A stretch of DNA of 64,000 bases, taken from NCBI GenBank assembly GCA_013265495.1, contig MU060807.1:5636921-5700920 (forward strand), in the 5' to 3' direction. The notes beneath the pieces were generated by a model. It did no database searches. It was not told the origin of the DNA and saw only the letters and a program-made list of their open reading frames with translations. The position numbers and the translations under genes are program-made. Source of the DNA: Vicugna vicugna (taxonomy: Eukaryota). The first letter of the stretch is position 1. The number at the start of each line of letters is the position of its first letter. Below, piece by piece: positions 47,151 to 60,560 of this stretch.

Positions 47151-49402
47151 CCCCACTTAACCTCTGCTTCTGATTTAGTTAGGTGGTAGGTACAATATTC
47201 ATTAAGATATTTTTCACTGAATCTCTTCAAGCTTCTGCAAAATAGTAGTCTGATGGATAGTATCTAGGAGTGAGCCTCAGTAGGAGAGAAAAAAGATCAA
47301 TTTGTCTTCTCTATTCCAAAGTGGAAGAATTTGGGTTCACCTCGTTCTAACTTGCTCCTGTGCCTAAAAAGCTTAAATCCTTCACCCTTTTCAGGAGTTG
47401 CATTTTTCTTTCTTATCTCTTGTGTCCTTGAACCAGACCGGAACTCTTCCCTCAAGAGGTGGCTTTGATGATGGAACTTACTGGGATTCAGTGCACATCC
47501 AGTAAGTGTCTTTAAATTACATTGTTGGAAGCCAAGCTCGTGCTGACTGTGCCTGAGTGTGGCAATACAAACGTAGAGAACTTGATTCCTCATCAGAGAT
47601 CCACTCTCTTTTTCCGGGTTGACCACAGACATTTGAATTTGCTTGGTGTCCACTCTATACGCAGGGTACATTTTGAGGTTGACCTCTATTGTGCACATGT
47701 ACGCAGCCAAGGACAGCCATGGGCCAGGTCTGTGATGGAATCACATAGCGTCTGACACTAAAAGCGAGTCGTCCCTCTGACTTAATCTTTCTAGGAAAAC
47801 AGTGTCACGCAAAAACATGCGGATCTATAATTGGCATCTCCAAAGACGCTTGCCATCNNNNNNNNNNNNNNNNNNNNNNNNNNNNNNNNNNNNNNNNNNN
47901 NNNNNNNNNNNNNNNNNNNNNNNNNNNNNNNNNNNNNNNNNNNNNNNNNNNNNNNNNNNNNNNNNNNNNNNNNNNNNNNNNNNNNNNNNNNNNNNNNATT
48001 TAATAGGAGTCCACCTCAGCGTTCATGAGCCAGACGCTTGTTATTTGGCAAGACCACTGAGCCCAAGTCTATAAACTGTGGCAGCCAGGAAAGGTTGCAG
48101 GCGGCTAAAAATGGCAAGAGAGCAGGAGTCATGGGACTCACTCCACCCTTCCTTTAGAGACTTCCAGACAGCATGGTGATCGAGAACTGGGGAGGGTAGC
48201 TGAGGGACATGACACGTAGCCATGAACCTGAGCAGAACTGAAGAATGGGTTCATGCCCTAGGCAGCTTTACTCAGCTGTGGACAGCTGCTCAAAGACAGA
48301 TTATTTAGCGATTTCTGTAGCTAAACATTTTAGACAGTTCATCATTTATTTCTTTACTATTTAAGTGAAGTATTTTCAAACTTGGGCAATGGGAAATAAG
48401 GCTTCTTGTATTTCAGGATAGTCCGTGGCATTCAATATTGTCTTTTGTTACCACTTTTTCCTTTCTTACCACCTTCAGTTCCCTTCCATTACTATTTATT
48501 TTCTGAGGGTAGGTTTCAAGAATGGGAGTGGCCATGGTTGGTCAATAAAATACCTGTTTTTGCCTAATTTTTAAAAAGCTGTGCAGTAGAAATGGCCATA
48601 AGAGGTGGTAAGAATGAAGTCAAAGTAGTTACAGTAACTTAAACAGCTTTGCGTCTTGTAGCCCAAAGGAGCATCCATCTTCTGTAGATCAGTCAGGTTT
48701 CTCTCTGGTCTCTTTTGAAATAGATGTTTTATCTGCCTACTGAATGACATTTCTAACATTATTTCTGTTTTTTATTATTATACTTCTTATTCTTCTCATT
48801 ATTAAAATACAGTAAGTTATCTTTTCTCATGGAGCCTTTCATCATTTCTTTCAATCTTTCCATAATTATTGTATCCATTTAGTAGACATTGACTGTGTGC
48901 CAAATTTCGGATAATAACAAAGATCAGGAAATTTAAGTTTTACATCTTTATTTACTGGATCCTTATTAGCTGGATACAGTCAGAGAGAGCTGACAGTGAG
49001 CAGTAAGTTAGAAATGAAAGCCCCTAAGGTATGGAAATGACTCCTTGGCGTAGCAGCTCTCCAGTGTTCATGCTGAAATGTGTCAGTATCTCCGGAAACA
49101 GACTTCGTGCTGGGCATGCATGGAGCTCTAGGAATTATTCAAGGATGAACCAATTGATCAATTATCCCTGACTGTGGCAGTCAGTTGCCATAGTCTAAAA
49201 TTTCCAAAAATGAGCCAATTGCCTCTTGAAACTGTCTTCCTGCCTTCTTGAACTCTAGAGGTTAACTACTGCCTTATACTAACACAATATGAGCTATAAG
49301 TATATATCGTTGAAATGGAAATTTCCTGGAGGATGTTCAGTCTTTTTATTTTTGGTGGGGGTGGTTCTAATTTTTATATTTTTTTACTTTTTATTTTAAA
49401 AT

Positions 49403-49422
49403 TGTATGTATGTATGTATGTG

Positions 49423-49481
<59 letters not shown>
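49403..49481. repeat. (TGTA)n plus (AT)28+ microsatellite running into an assembly gap
   Basis: Directly visible. The true length is unknown because Ns start at 49482. Confidence 0.95.
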
Positions 49482-49704
49482 NNNNNNNNNNNNNNNNNNN
49501 NNNNNNNNNNNNNNNNNNNNNNNNNNNNNNNTATTTAATACAATGGCTTGGAGTATAGGATTCAGTAAGGTTGCAATCAAAACTAACATGGCTGTTAGAG
49601 AAAATATTGACACCAAAATCCTTTTGTAATTTTTTTACAGAGTTGTGTATTTAGATGGTGGGGAGCAGGGGGATGTGTTATGGAGAAACTTTACTTTCTG
49701 TTTT

Positions 49705-50170
49705 TTATTTACCAAATATCTATTGTCACAATAACACTGCATGAGAAACCACATCAAAGGTGGTGGATGGGTTGAGACAATAGGCATTTTAAAAATCACG
49801 AATCTGGGAGCTGGTTGCTGATGTAGGCTGGGCTCAGCTGCGTGGTTCCTTGGTCTCAGGTGGGATCACTCAGCTCTCTGCAGTTTGATGGCTGTGTGCT
49901 GGGTCTGCGATGGCACCTGGGCTTGTGTTTCTCAGTCCCCAGCAGGACAGTCCAGGTAAGTTTCTATGGCAGAGGTAGAGAATCAAGACAGAGGAAGTAG
50001 AAGCGCACCTGACCTTTATGCCTGAGCTCGGAACCAGTGTGCCATCACTCCCATAGCCTTCTGTTGACTGACGCACATCACAGCTTCAAAGGATGAGGAA
50101 ACCGACCCCACCTTTTAGAGGAGGGAACTTCAAAACCATAATGCCAAAGAATGCGATGGGGAAGCAAGGG
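49705..50170 (-). mobile_element. MaLR LTR (MLT1F/G-like)
   Basis: atctattgtcacaataacactgc..ggctgggctcagctg..cctgagctcggaacc..catcactccc..aaaggatgaggaaaccgacccc. Confidence 0.8.
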
Positions 50171-53100
50171 GTGAAGAATTGGGCCTGTTTATGCAGTTCA
50201 TCTGCATGCATTTATTCCTTAGCAGGAACATTTTGACCAGAAAATTTAGTTGTCTCAAGCTTTAACTTACGAGATGTCAAGCTGTGTGGAGACATACAAT
50301 GCCAAAAATACAGAAGGAGAAACAGGAAGTTATTAAAGAGATATTTGTAGAGTTGCCTTACTAGTCTACCTGTAGAAAGCAAGAACGTGCCTTTAATTCA
50401 GTCAATGTAATAAATTCTGTGCCGTTTATCATAAAATGTCAACCAAACTTGGAGATGTCAAAGCATTATCATTTCTAAGAAGCCTTGGGAATTTACGGTA
50501 AATTGTAACCAAGTCCTGGGAGTGCCAGTAAAGGAATGATAGACCAGTTAATGGGAAACTGGGCTAGTTTCTCCCTCACTTTCAATGGTGACCTTTTTCC
50601 AGTGGTACAGCTATAATTTAAAAACTGATGCATGAGTTAACTATATCCAGAGTGTCTCCTACTAACCCAGCTGTGGAAATAGGTTTCCGATGTGGGTTCC
50701 ACTGATTAGAAATAAATGAGCCATTATCAAGAACTTATCTCACTTTTAGTATTTTTAGGTAAGGGCAAAACTTTCCTTGGAGTAATTTCCAAGCAAGTTT
50801 TTGTTACGTCTGTTGCAAAACAATGAGAGGAAAATAAGTTACAAGCAATAACCAGGTGCAACTGTTTACCCAGAGCCGACGGATTTTCTGAGACACGGTC
50901 TTTCAGCGCTCAACGGTGAAGCATCTCAGACAGTGACAACTTGGCCACCCTCATCACAAATGTGCCTGCTGGAAGGACAGTTGATAATCTGCCCATGTTT
51001 TATATGGATCGAGCAAATTTGGTTAAATAGCGTACTAAAGTATTTTCTATATTTTTTTCACGTATAGTAGTTTTATTTCATTTTATATGGAAAATCCTAA
51101 ATTTTTCTACTTTAATTTGTTGCTCAAAGCCTAAGTAAAAAATGGGAGGGGAAGTTTCACTATATGACATTGGTGAAAGGAACAAAAATAGATATTTTGC
51201 ATAGTGTCAAGAGCAGAAATGAGATGCCATTTTTTAAATAATTACACAAAAACTCTATTCCATTTCTTTCTCTTTTTTTTCTCTCTGTCAAATAAAGGAG
51301 TTGTCTGATGATTTCTAAGATCCTATGAGCTATGATGATAAGCTATAGTGTTCAAAAACTCTATGCATATAATAAAGTTTATTCTCCATTAGGAGAGAAG
51401 GTACTTCAGAATTCAGACTGACTTGTAAAGAGTTAAAAAGCTCTGTAGAATGCTACCGTTTTAACAGAACATTTTAAACCAACCAAGTATACTAACTACT
51501 GTTATTGTTTATTTTCTTTCTAGTCTAGAGAAANNNNNNNNNNNNNNNNNNNNNNNNNNNNNNNNNNNNNNNNNNNNNNNNNNNNNNNNNNNNNNNNNNN
51601 NNNNNNNNNNNNNNNNNNNNNNNNNNNNNNNNNNNNNNNNNNNNNNNNNNNNNNNNNNNNNNNNNTTTGGGGGTTTGGGGGAAGAAACTTCCTCACCTGA
51701 AAAGATTTAATGGTAATCTATGCTGTAAAAGAACATTTTGAAAAATATAAAACAAAGAGCTTTCAAAGTGGTCAAAGACTAATGTAAAGTGATCTATTTC
51801 ANNNNNNNNNNNNNNNNNNNNNNNNNNNNNNNNNNNNNNNNNNNNNNNNNNNNNNNNNNNNNNNNNNNNNNNNNNNNNNNNNNNNNNNNNNNNNNNNNNN
51901 NNNNNNNNNNNNNNNNNNNNNNNNNNNNNNNNNNNNNNNNNNNNNNNNNNNNNNNNNNNNNNNNNNNNNNNNNNNNNNNNNNNNNNNNNNNNNNNNNNNN
52001 NNNNNNNNNNNNNNNNNNNNNNNNNNNNNNNNNNNNNNNNNNNNNNNNNNNNNNNNNNNNNNNNNNNNNNNNNNNNNAAAAAAATCCTGAAGTGCCTCCA
52101 AAAGAAACGTTGCCCAGGCCTAATTGAAGTTGGGTGGCATGGACTGTGTCAAAGGGGTGTCTGAGCTCAGGGCCCGTTGTGTTGCTGGGTGGGGACATCT
52201 GACTCACAATATTTGTGACTTGGAGTTAGAGGGACAGAGGACCAAGAGTCGTGTTTATTGCTGCATTTATCATCCCCAGTGAAACCAGATGGCCAATCGC
52301 TGTTGTCCAGAAAGGCCTGTGAGCTGTCAGAGGATGAATCATAAGCCTCTCAGAGGTTGGACAGATTTCTTTCCTTCTTAGTAACATGCTGGTTTCATCC
52401 GTCTGCTCTGTGACGAGGCAGGTTTGCTGGAGGCCCAAAAGACAGGATCTGGGGAGGCCACATTTTCCGATAAGTCTTCATAGAGCTTAAATATTCTATG
52501 GAGATAGCGGGAGCATTAAGGTGAAAGAGACTCGGAGCCGAAGTGGTTTAGAAATACGAAAGGGAAATGTGATGCTCTGGCCAAAGCCAGTGGAGGCAGA
52601 CTCAGCCCCACGGTAATGAAAATCACAGGCAGGTACCTCTGCTTTGCTGTAGGTCGGCCACACGTTGAATCGGCGTCCTATTCACTGAATCGCTTTCAGG
52701 AAGGGGAGTTGGCTGTTGGTTAGAGTGGACTTTCATTGATAGCTCTGTTCAATATCACTGAACAAATCATTAAATCCTAGATTCTTCAGCTGCTTGGGAT
52801 CAGTAAGTTCCCTCTGTCCATTCCACTATCAACGTGCATTTTAAACAGAATGGCTGGGTATCTAGGCTGACTGCAAAGGTTAACAGAAATTGTGACATTC
52901 TCTTACTAGGCGTTGCTTAAAGTCACGTTTTCCCAGCCTCCTTCCTAGTTGTGCATCTAATCTTTATTTAATTTGTCTAAAACATGGAAGAGGTTCTCGT
53001 GAGAAAAATTGCGATAAGCACTCAGGCAATTTGAGAACCAAAGCTATTCTAGGTTTTTGTTTGTATTCTAGAAATTGTGTCTGTTTCCCAGTTGGAGAAT

Positions 53101-53559
53101 TACAACTATTGCTCAACGCAGTTTGAGTTTAAAAATCATCTTTCAGAAGAGTGCTTTAAAACAGATACAATCCATTGATGACACTGCATTTTACTCCACC
53201 CCCACATCCAGCTTGAATATTTTATATGAACTATGGAAGGGAAAGTTTTCCTACAGAAGGACATTTTTCCCTCAGGTCTTCAGCCTCCAAGCCTAATGAA
53301 CACATGGCATGAACTTTCTGAAGGAAAATTGGAAAACTTGTTCTTAAAGCTCTGAATAATGTGGGCCTTTTGACCCAAGACAAATAGACTTCAGCAAATT
53401 ATCTTAAAAGAAAAAAAATATATATATAATGTGTGTCATGTATGTGTATGATACATATACACATATATTTGTAACATACGTACATACACACATACGATAT
53501 ATTATGTGATACATTGTATGCATATGTATGTATGTGTACATACGTTGACTAGAACTTCT

Positions 53560-53825
53560 AGAATAATTGATGTAATGATGGATATCCCTGTCTCTTTCCT
53601 GATTGTGATGGGAATTCTTCTATTTAAGTATTTGATCATCCATTGATTTTCAATTATACTTATTATTATGTAAGTTAAGTGGGTTTTTTAATTACTAATT
53701 ATCTTAGACATATTTGGGGAGATTTCTCTTTTGACATAGTCATACGATTGTTATACACATAAAATTCCTAACATTAGTGTATGTTAAGTTTGGAATCCAC
53801 CCTGCTTGGTTATGGTCATTGGTAA
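53560..53825 (-). mobile_element. Old L1 ORF2 relic
   Basis: gatggatatccctgtctctttcctgattgtgatgggaattcttc..ccaccctgcttggttatgg. Confidence 0.6.
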
Positions 53826-54084
53826 ATTACATGAAAATAAAAATTGTTTTCACTAATGCATCTCATGCCCTAGAAGTGAGCGCATAGTGGGTACTCAATC
53901 AACACATCAATTCTTAAGTGGATAAAATAGTGTCGCTTATAAAAAGACTTACAATTCTTATAAAGAAGTTCCGTATAGATTATATTTCAGTCACATCAAT
54001 TTCCATCAGCAAATTCAAGTGCTTTGCTCTGCTCTAGCCATTTTGGCTTCCTGGTCGTTTCCTTGTCATTTCTCTTCTATGTTT

Positions 54085-54425
54085 GACCATCTCTCACCTG
54101 CGGTTCCTACACCACTGTTCCGTCTGCCTGGAGCACCCTGTTTCTCATCTCCTTCATAGTTGTATGCATGATACCATCTCAAGCACGTCTACCCTGACCA
54201 CCCTGTTTAAAAGTCTCACTCACCCCACTGAGTCCTGCAGTCTTTTCCCATCCTCTTTTTTGTTTTTCCCATAGTCTGTATCACTTTCTAGCCCCTTATA
54301 TAATCTGCATCCTAGTTTTTTGTTTGTCTGCTCTCTATTTGATTTTATGTCACTGACACATTCCCCATATCTAAACTAGTAGCTGGTATGGAATAGTTGC
54401 TTAATAAATATTTATTCAACAAATA
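54085..54425 (+). mobile_element. L2 LINE 3' end
   Basis: ctgttccgtctgcctggagcaccc..ccctgaccaccctgtttaaaa and the terminal gttgcttaataaatatttattcaacaaat. Confidence 0.75.
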
Positions 54426-54449
54426 AGTTTTTAAAATACATACTATAAG

Positions 54450-54660
54450 TAGTGACGGGTACACTATAGTATAATGAAAAACGAAAATATGTGAACAGAA
54501 AACTAGTTTGAATCCTGGTTTCCATCATTCACTAGCAGTGCTCCTTTGGGAAAATTAGTCAAATATTCTGTACCTCATTTTTCTGATGTGCACGATGTAA
54601 ATAACAATTCTTACTGCATAGGATACCTGGAAGCATCAAAGAGATTAAATGGATGCCAGT
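54450..54660 (+). mobile_element. MIR SINE
   Basis: gtttgaatcctggtttccatcattcactagcagtg..ctgtacctcatttttctgatgtg..gagattaaatg. Confidence 0.7.
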
Positions 54661-56329
54661 CAATCAGTAGACTGTCTTGTGCCCAGGAGACACAAAACAA
54701 ATATTAAATATTTATATTCAATGTATAATTAAATTGCATTTAATCCTTTAAGACGCATACTTAAAGGAAAACCTTAACATATAAAGTTAAAATGTCATAA
54801 ATGAGAGTGAACGCAGTTAATGCATACACTGTCATGAAGCAAGGTCCGTGTATCTGGGAGACCTCCGGAGCAAAATCTAACCCACCACACATCATTCTTC
54901 AAGTGCTTGAAGCTAACTGGCTTGTTTCCTCACCCCTAAACAGTCCTTGTACTTTGAAAATGTTCTCCATATGATTTGCCCTTCTGACTACTCACCATTC
55001 TGGCTGTCATACTCTTGGAAGCACACGTCACTTGTTTTGCATCCTTCGAAAGCCCAGGGACGGTGAGTTTCATTTACAAGATCTTGAAAGTGCAAAAATC
55101 TAAAATCAAACAAACCAGTTACAACCTCCTCCCCTTTCAAGATGGAGGCAGAATTTCTTGTAAGTTCTCCTAAGTACAACATTACAAATTCCTTGTCCAA
55201 ACCACGTCAGCTAGAAAAGCCTGATTTCTGTCTCCGCTGGGGGCTCATGTCATGGCACCTCTAAAAATGCCGCTTTAACCACTTTAAGAAAGATCCTTGT
55301 CACATCCTATCTGCTGGTTCATTCCATTTTGGTTCTTAGTAGCTTCTTCCATAAATATGACAAAGAAATTTCTGCAACTCTGCATTAATGACCACCTACA
55401 TAATGAGATCAAATCTTAATTCTTGGTGACAAACAGGGTGAATATATGGGTAGTTTGTTTAGGCTCTATTTTGAAATGACTAAGTAGCCTGTGAAAACAA
55501 AGTTTAACAGGCTCATAAAAGTATGCTGTCTACATAACTAATGTGGACTTTGTTTTTATGTTACCTATTACAGACTATAAACAGTAACAATGGAGTCTAT
55601 CTTTTATTCCATAGAGTTGTAAAATGTCCTGACTGTGACAACATATATATATACCAAACACACTTTGTAAAGATGTTGCATTTATTTTATATTTAAGTCG
55701 AAAGCAATAAACTGTTTTTTAAAAAAAACAATGTAAAATGAAGATAAACACATTACACTTGAAATGTACTTACAATTAAATACAATGCAGAGGTGTTGCA
55801 TTTTAATATATACACTGTTATTATAGAGGGGAACTTTCCTGCAGCAAAATTTGCATGTTTCCAGTTGCCCTTTAATCAGTCTTATCCAGAGTTTCTGGCA
55901 GCACAGTGACAGGACCATGTCAGTGGAGTCATGACTGCCCCTTTTAATTATCTCACAATTTGCTCACTGGTTTTCGGTAATTGGAACAATTTGCTTGCAG
56001 AAGTCTGCGAGGAATCAGATGTTAATTGACTTACTCAGTCCCTCAAGAAACAGGCTTCATTTTCCTGACTGTTTCTTAAGCTGTGTGCTGGCGTCCTGCG
56101 ATACAGTGGAAAGAAAACATACAGACAGTTGCCTTGGTATCAGCTGGCCAAATCTGATTATGACTCCAACTCGGAATGGAGAGATTCCAGGAATTAGCAG
56201 AGGAGCCTAGAGAAAGCAGTCAGAAATGTGAAATGTCACTAGAAAGTGTTTCTGTGATTTATAAATACCGCCGTAAAAAAGTAATGTGCATTTAAAATCA
56301 GGATCCAAAACTCATTCTGATTCCACTGC

Positions 56330-56430
56330 TCTGATCTGGAATAATTCAGATGCAATACACAGCTCAATTTTTTGAGTGACCCACTTTTTTGGGGCTGTTT
56401 TGGGTCATTCCAGGTATCACAGTTCAGCAG
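56330..56430. repeat. Imperfect inverted repeat, possible ancient Tigger-like MITE
   Basis: ctgctctgatctggaataa pairs with tcattccaggtatcacagttcagcag, with bulges. Confidence 0.35.
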
Positions 56431-56859
56431 CCTTGATTCACCTTCTCACTTGGCAATAACCTCCCAATTTCTGCTTTACCTGTCTGCCCTGAATCTCAAA
56501 GTCCAGAAGTAAAAATAGTTGGAGTATCTAAATTATCTAGAATCTAGAAGGTCATTTTTAAAAAACAATCCTATAGTTAATACTTTTATTTTTCCACATC
56601 CCTGATTCAGAGAACCCAAGAGAGAGTCAAGGATTGGGCAAAATACAAAGTCGTTAAAAGGATAGTGTATTTTCCTCTCTGTAGATCATTTTCCATATGT
56701 CAGTCACTGTTCTTCGTATGCTTTATCTCACTTGATGTTCATGTCTTTCTCATGTGAGACAGTCATTATTTAATTTTTCTCCTGTAAGTTTCAGTTCACT
56801 GAATGGATGCAAGTTTCTGGGCGGCTGCCTTAGTCTGTGTCTTAGTCCTTTGAGTAAGT

Positions 56860-59660
56860 GTTGTGCAGTGTAGTTAAGTCTATAGAATTCAAATTGTTAA
56901 ACAGCCCTTGCATCCCTGAGTTAAATCTTAGTTTGATCGTGGTGGAATCTCTTTTATACAGTGTAGAATTCAGTTGAGTTTCATGGTATATTCATTGGAA
57001 TTTTTGCATCCAAGTTCTTGAATCGGTGGGCTTTTCCTTTTTTATTCCCCCTTCTGGTTTGGGGGTTTTGTTTTCTTTTGTCTTGTTTTACATGGCTTTA
57101 GTACCAAAATTATACTGGCTTCAAAGAATGAGCTAAGACATAGGCTCTCCCACTCTCTGAAAGATTTGAATAAGTTTGGAACAACTTTGTACTCAAAATT
57201 TTGGAAAACCTGTCTTATAAAACCCTATTGCCTAAGTATTTGGTTTGTGAGAGTATTTTAAGTGTATGCATGTTTTTCTAAATTATAATTATAGGGCTTT
57301 TCAGGATATTATCTTTGTGTACTGAAATCTATAAAATTATCTATTTTATCTAATTTTCAAATTGATTGATGAAAATTGTTTATATGTCCTTGTAAAAAAA
57401 AAATCTCTGATGTGTGTATGTCTTTATGTGCCATTCCATTCCTAGTTACTATTTTTGATTTTGAGAGAAGTTACTTGCTAGTTTTTCCAAAACACCAACT
57501 TTTGGCTTTGCTGATTTTTTTATTGAACTTTTATTTTTTATTATTTAGGGCTCTTAACTTTCCTATGTCCTTTTCTATTACGTTTTAAGGATTACTCTGT
57601 TATTCCTTTTCTAACTTGTAATGATAGATGCTCAGCTCATAATTTCCAGCCTTTCTTTTTTCTCAAACTAAATCTTCCATGAAGCTCCTTTTTTATACCC
57701 CCCACAATTGTTGATATGTAAGGTTTACCTTTTTATTCAATAATTGTATTTCCAATTTCCATCATATTTTCTTAGAACTACATTTTTACTTGCCCAATAT
57801 ACAGATTTATGTTGTTGTCTTGACTTCTAACATAATTGTGTTATTTACCAGAAACATGGTCTGAATGTGACTTATTATATTTTCTGAAATTGACTGAACC
57901 TTGAATTATGGCCTAATAGCATACATTCAGGTTTCATAAAGCTTTACTGTAATCTCAAGAAAAAGTTGTATTTGCCAGTGGTCAGATGCATAATTACATA
58001 GATGTCCATTAAATCAAGTTTGTTAGCTGTGTTGGTAAATATTCCATAGATTTAGCTTCTTTCTCTTTTTAACTTATCATTGAGATAGATGTGTTGTAAC
58101 CTCCCACTGTGATTATGAATTTGTTAATTCCTTCTTGAAGTTCTGTCCATTTTTAAAATTTATACATTCTGGGGCTAAATTAGTAGGTGACTACAAGTTT
58201 CAATTTTTTATTCTGATTGATGTATTGAACTATTTATTATTATATAGTAACAATTTTTGATAATGCTGTTGCCTTAGTGTATCTGTTGTATGACATTTCC
58301 ATTGAGATGTCAGCTGCCTTTTGGTTAGTATATCAAGTATGTCTTTTTCACAGTCCCTTAATTTAAAAAAAAATCTGTGTCTTTACACTATAGAAAAGTG
58401 TCTCATAAGAGCATAGGAATCAGGGTTGGTATATTCCAAATACATATTTATAAACTGGGATTTTTTTTAAAGTACAGTTTGATCATGTTTGTCCTTTAAA
58501 TGACAAGTTTAGTCCATTTACACTATCAGTGTTATCTGTCTCATTTATAGTATCTAACTTTATAATTTCTGCTTATCCTTTTCTTTTTAAAATCACCTTT
58601 ATTACATTCTTTAGGATTGATTAAGCTTTCTTGAGTTGTTGAGGTTTATTTTTCTTCTCAGTTTTCCAGATTTTTAAAAAAGTCCACTGGGTTTTGAATG
58701 AATCTGTTTCTACCTTCATAGAGGTTAGTCTGGAATTAAATGATGAATATTTAACTGAGTCCAAAGTTCAACATTTTAAAAATTTAAAACTTGATTTAGA
58801 ATTAAGCTCAGTATTACTACTCTTTCAGAGATCACTCCTGAAGTCGCATCATACTTAACTTGGTTATTCAAGTACAAAGCTGAACAGTTTCTGAAACCTT
58901 ATTCACAACCCCTTCCTTCAGTGTGGATGCTATCAATTTCCTGTACTTAATTACTTTCCTTTAAAAATCTCTCATTATTTTATTTTACTTATTCGTTTTA
59001 TTGGAGTATAGTTGATTTACAATATCGTGTTTCTGGTTTACAACATAGTGAGTCAATATTTTACAGGTTATACTCCATGTACAGTTATTGCAAAACAATG
59101 GCTGTATTTCCCTGCGCTGAACAATATACCCTTGTTGCTTATTTATTTTATACGTAATAGTTTGTGTTTTTTAAACCCTTACCCATATCACAACCCTCTC
59201 CCCCTTCCCCTTCCCCATTGGTAACCACTGGTATGTTCTCTGTATCTGTGAGCCTGTTCCTGTTTTGTTATATACATTTGTTTTATTTTTTTAGATTCCA
59301 TATAGCAGAATTATTTATTATTATTGCTTTAAGCCAGATAATATTTGCCTTAATTTAATATATAGGCACCATTTTTCTTACTATTTGTTTTTACATATTG
59401 AATTTCCTCCTAGACATATTTTTTCTTCCCCTTGAAGTATATTTTTAACTTGAGTCTATTAGTGAAAATTGTTTTTTAATCTGAAAGTATTTCTGTTTCA
59501 TCCTTGTTCGTGATAAATTAGCTTAGTACGCTCTTCTAGACTGGCAGTTCCTCAAGCATTCATCTCTGAGTGTCCCGCTGATTTTTCACTTCTGTTGTTA
59601 CTTTTAAGAAATCTGTTACGACTCTAATTCTTATTCCTTTATCGCCGAGATGCCTTTTCC
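56860..59660 (-). mobile_element. Highly degraded old L1 (ORF2 region), interrupted by a younger L1
   Basis: T-rich antisense L1 landmarks: aaacagcccttgcatccctgag, ccaaaattatactggcttcaaagaatgagc, accaacttttggctttgctgatttt, gtgttgtaacctcccactgtgattatg. Confidence 0.75.
58975..59305 (-). mobile_element. Younger artiodactyl-type L1 3' end nested in the old L1
   Basis: ttttattggagtatagttgatttacaatatcgtg..ccattggtaaccactggtatgttctctgtatctgtgag..tttttagattcca. Confidence 0.88.
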
Positions 59661-60274
59661 CTCTGCCTATTGTTCCATCAACCTATACATTAATATGTGT
59701 TTAATTGAGGGATGTTCACTCTGAAGGATGCATTCTGCTTCCCTTCCCTATTTAGTAGTAAGAAACATGCCACTGTAGAACATGAGAAACCCAAACGTTA
59801 AACCATGTGAAAAAAAACTATTACATGCCTTCTTTAATTTTAAATAGCTGGTTAATGTGTATTTAGTATAGTATAGATGTATTATACATACACAAACACA
59901 CATATATACAAATATATACCTTAAATATTTTAATATATCATATTTACTTAAACAAATAGTGGAAATCATAAATAACCCTTAACTATCTGGTGCTGTGTGG
60001 ATGTACCTATTTGGGGGTTTCTCTGGTTTAATATTATGCCCAGAAGAATTTTTAAAAAGTCATCACCCTCATGCAATGCTGTACAAAGAGGCCATTAAAA
60101 CGTCTGATCCACAGCCACGTTTTGCACTACGGGGTTGGGATGTTCTGAAGAAGTATTTGTGAGTTGGATTCTTAACCAAGCCTTACCACGTTGTATGGTT
60201 GTCCATGACTTTGCCCCACTGTTTACACAGCATAGTAACCAGCTGTGGAATCGACAAGTCCAGAAAGGCATGAG

Positions 60275-60560
60275 GCTTTGGAGGGAGTTCAGAGGAACAG
60301 AATGATGATTAAAGACTTAAAAAAACAGACCTTTGAGAAAAGATAAAAAGAACTAGGTTTCCATAGTCTGAAGAATAAGTAACTGAAGAGTAATTTAATA
60401 ATAGTTTTCAACTTGATGAGAAACTCCTAACAGGTGACAGTGACCGAGAATCCCTGACACTTGACGCACAGACAGATAGATGATAATATGGCTTTTGAGT
60501 TCAATACAGGAATACAAGTTAGGCATGATTCATTGTCTAATGATGGTCACTGTTTAAGGT
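60275..60560 (+). mobile_element. L3/CR1 LINE fragment
   Basis: gaaagataaaaagaactaggtttccatagtctgaagaataagtaactgaagagtaatttaataatagttttcaa..ggtgacagtgacc. Confidence 0.6.

Noticed and set aside
2528-52077. N gaps of ~140 nt matching the SINE length
   Set aside because: The gap flanks show no TSDs and one such gap is inside an L1. The sizes are better explained as paired-end scaffold estimates.
1779-57780. About ten STAT5-type TTCYNRGAA sites suggesting a GH/prolactin target locus
   Set aside because: About five are expected by composition and several lie inside L1 or LTR sequence. No IGF1 or casein exons are present.
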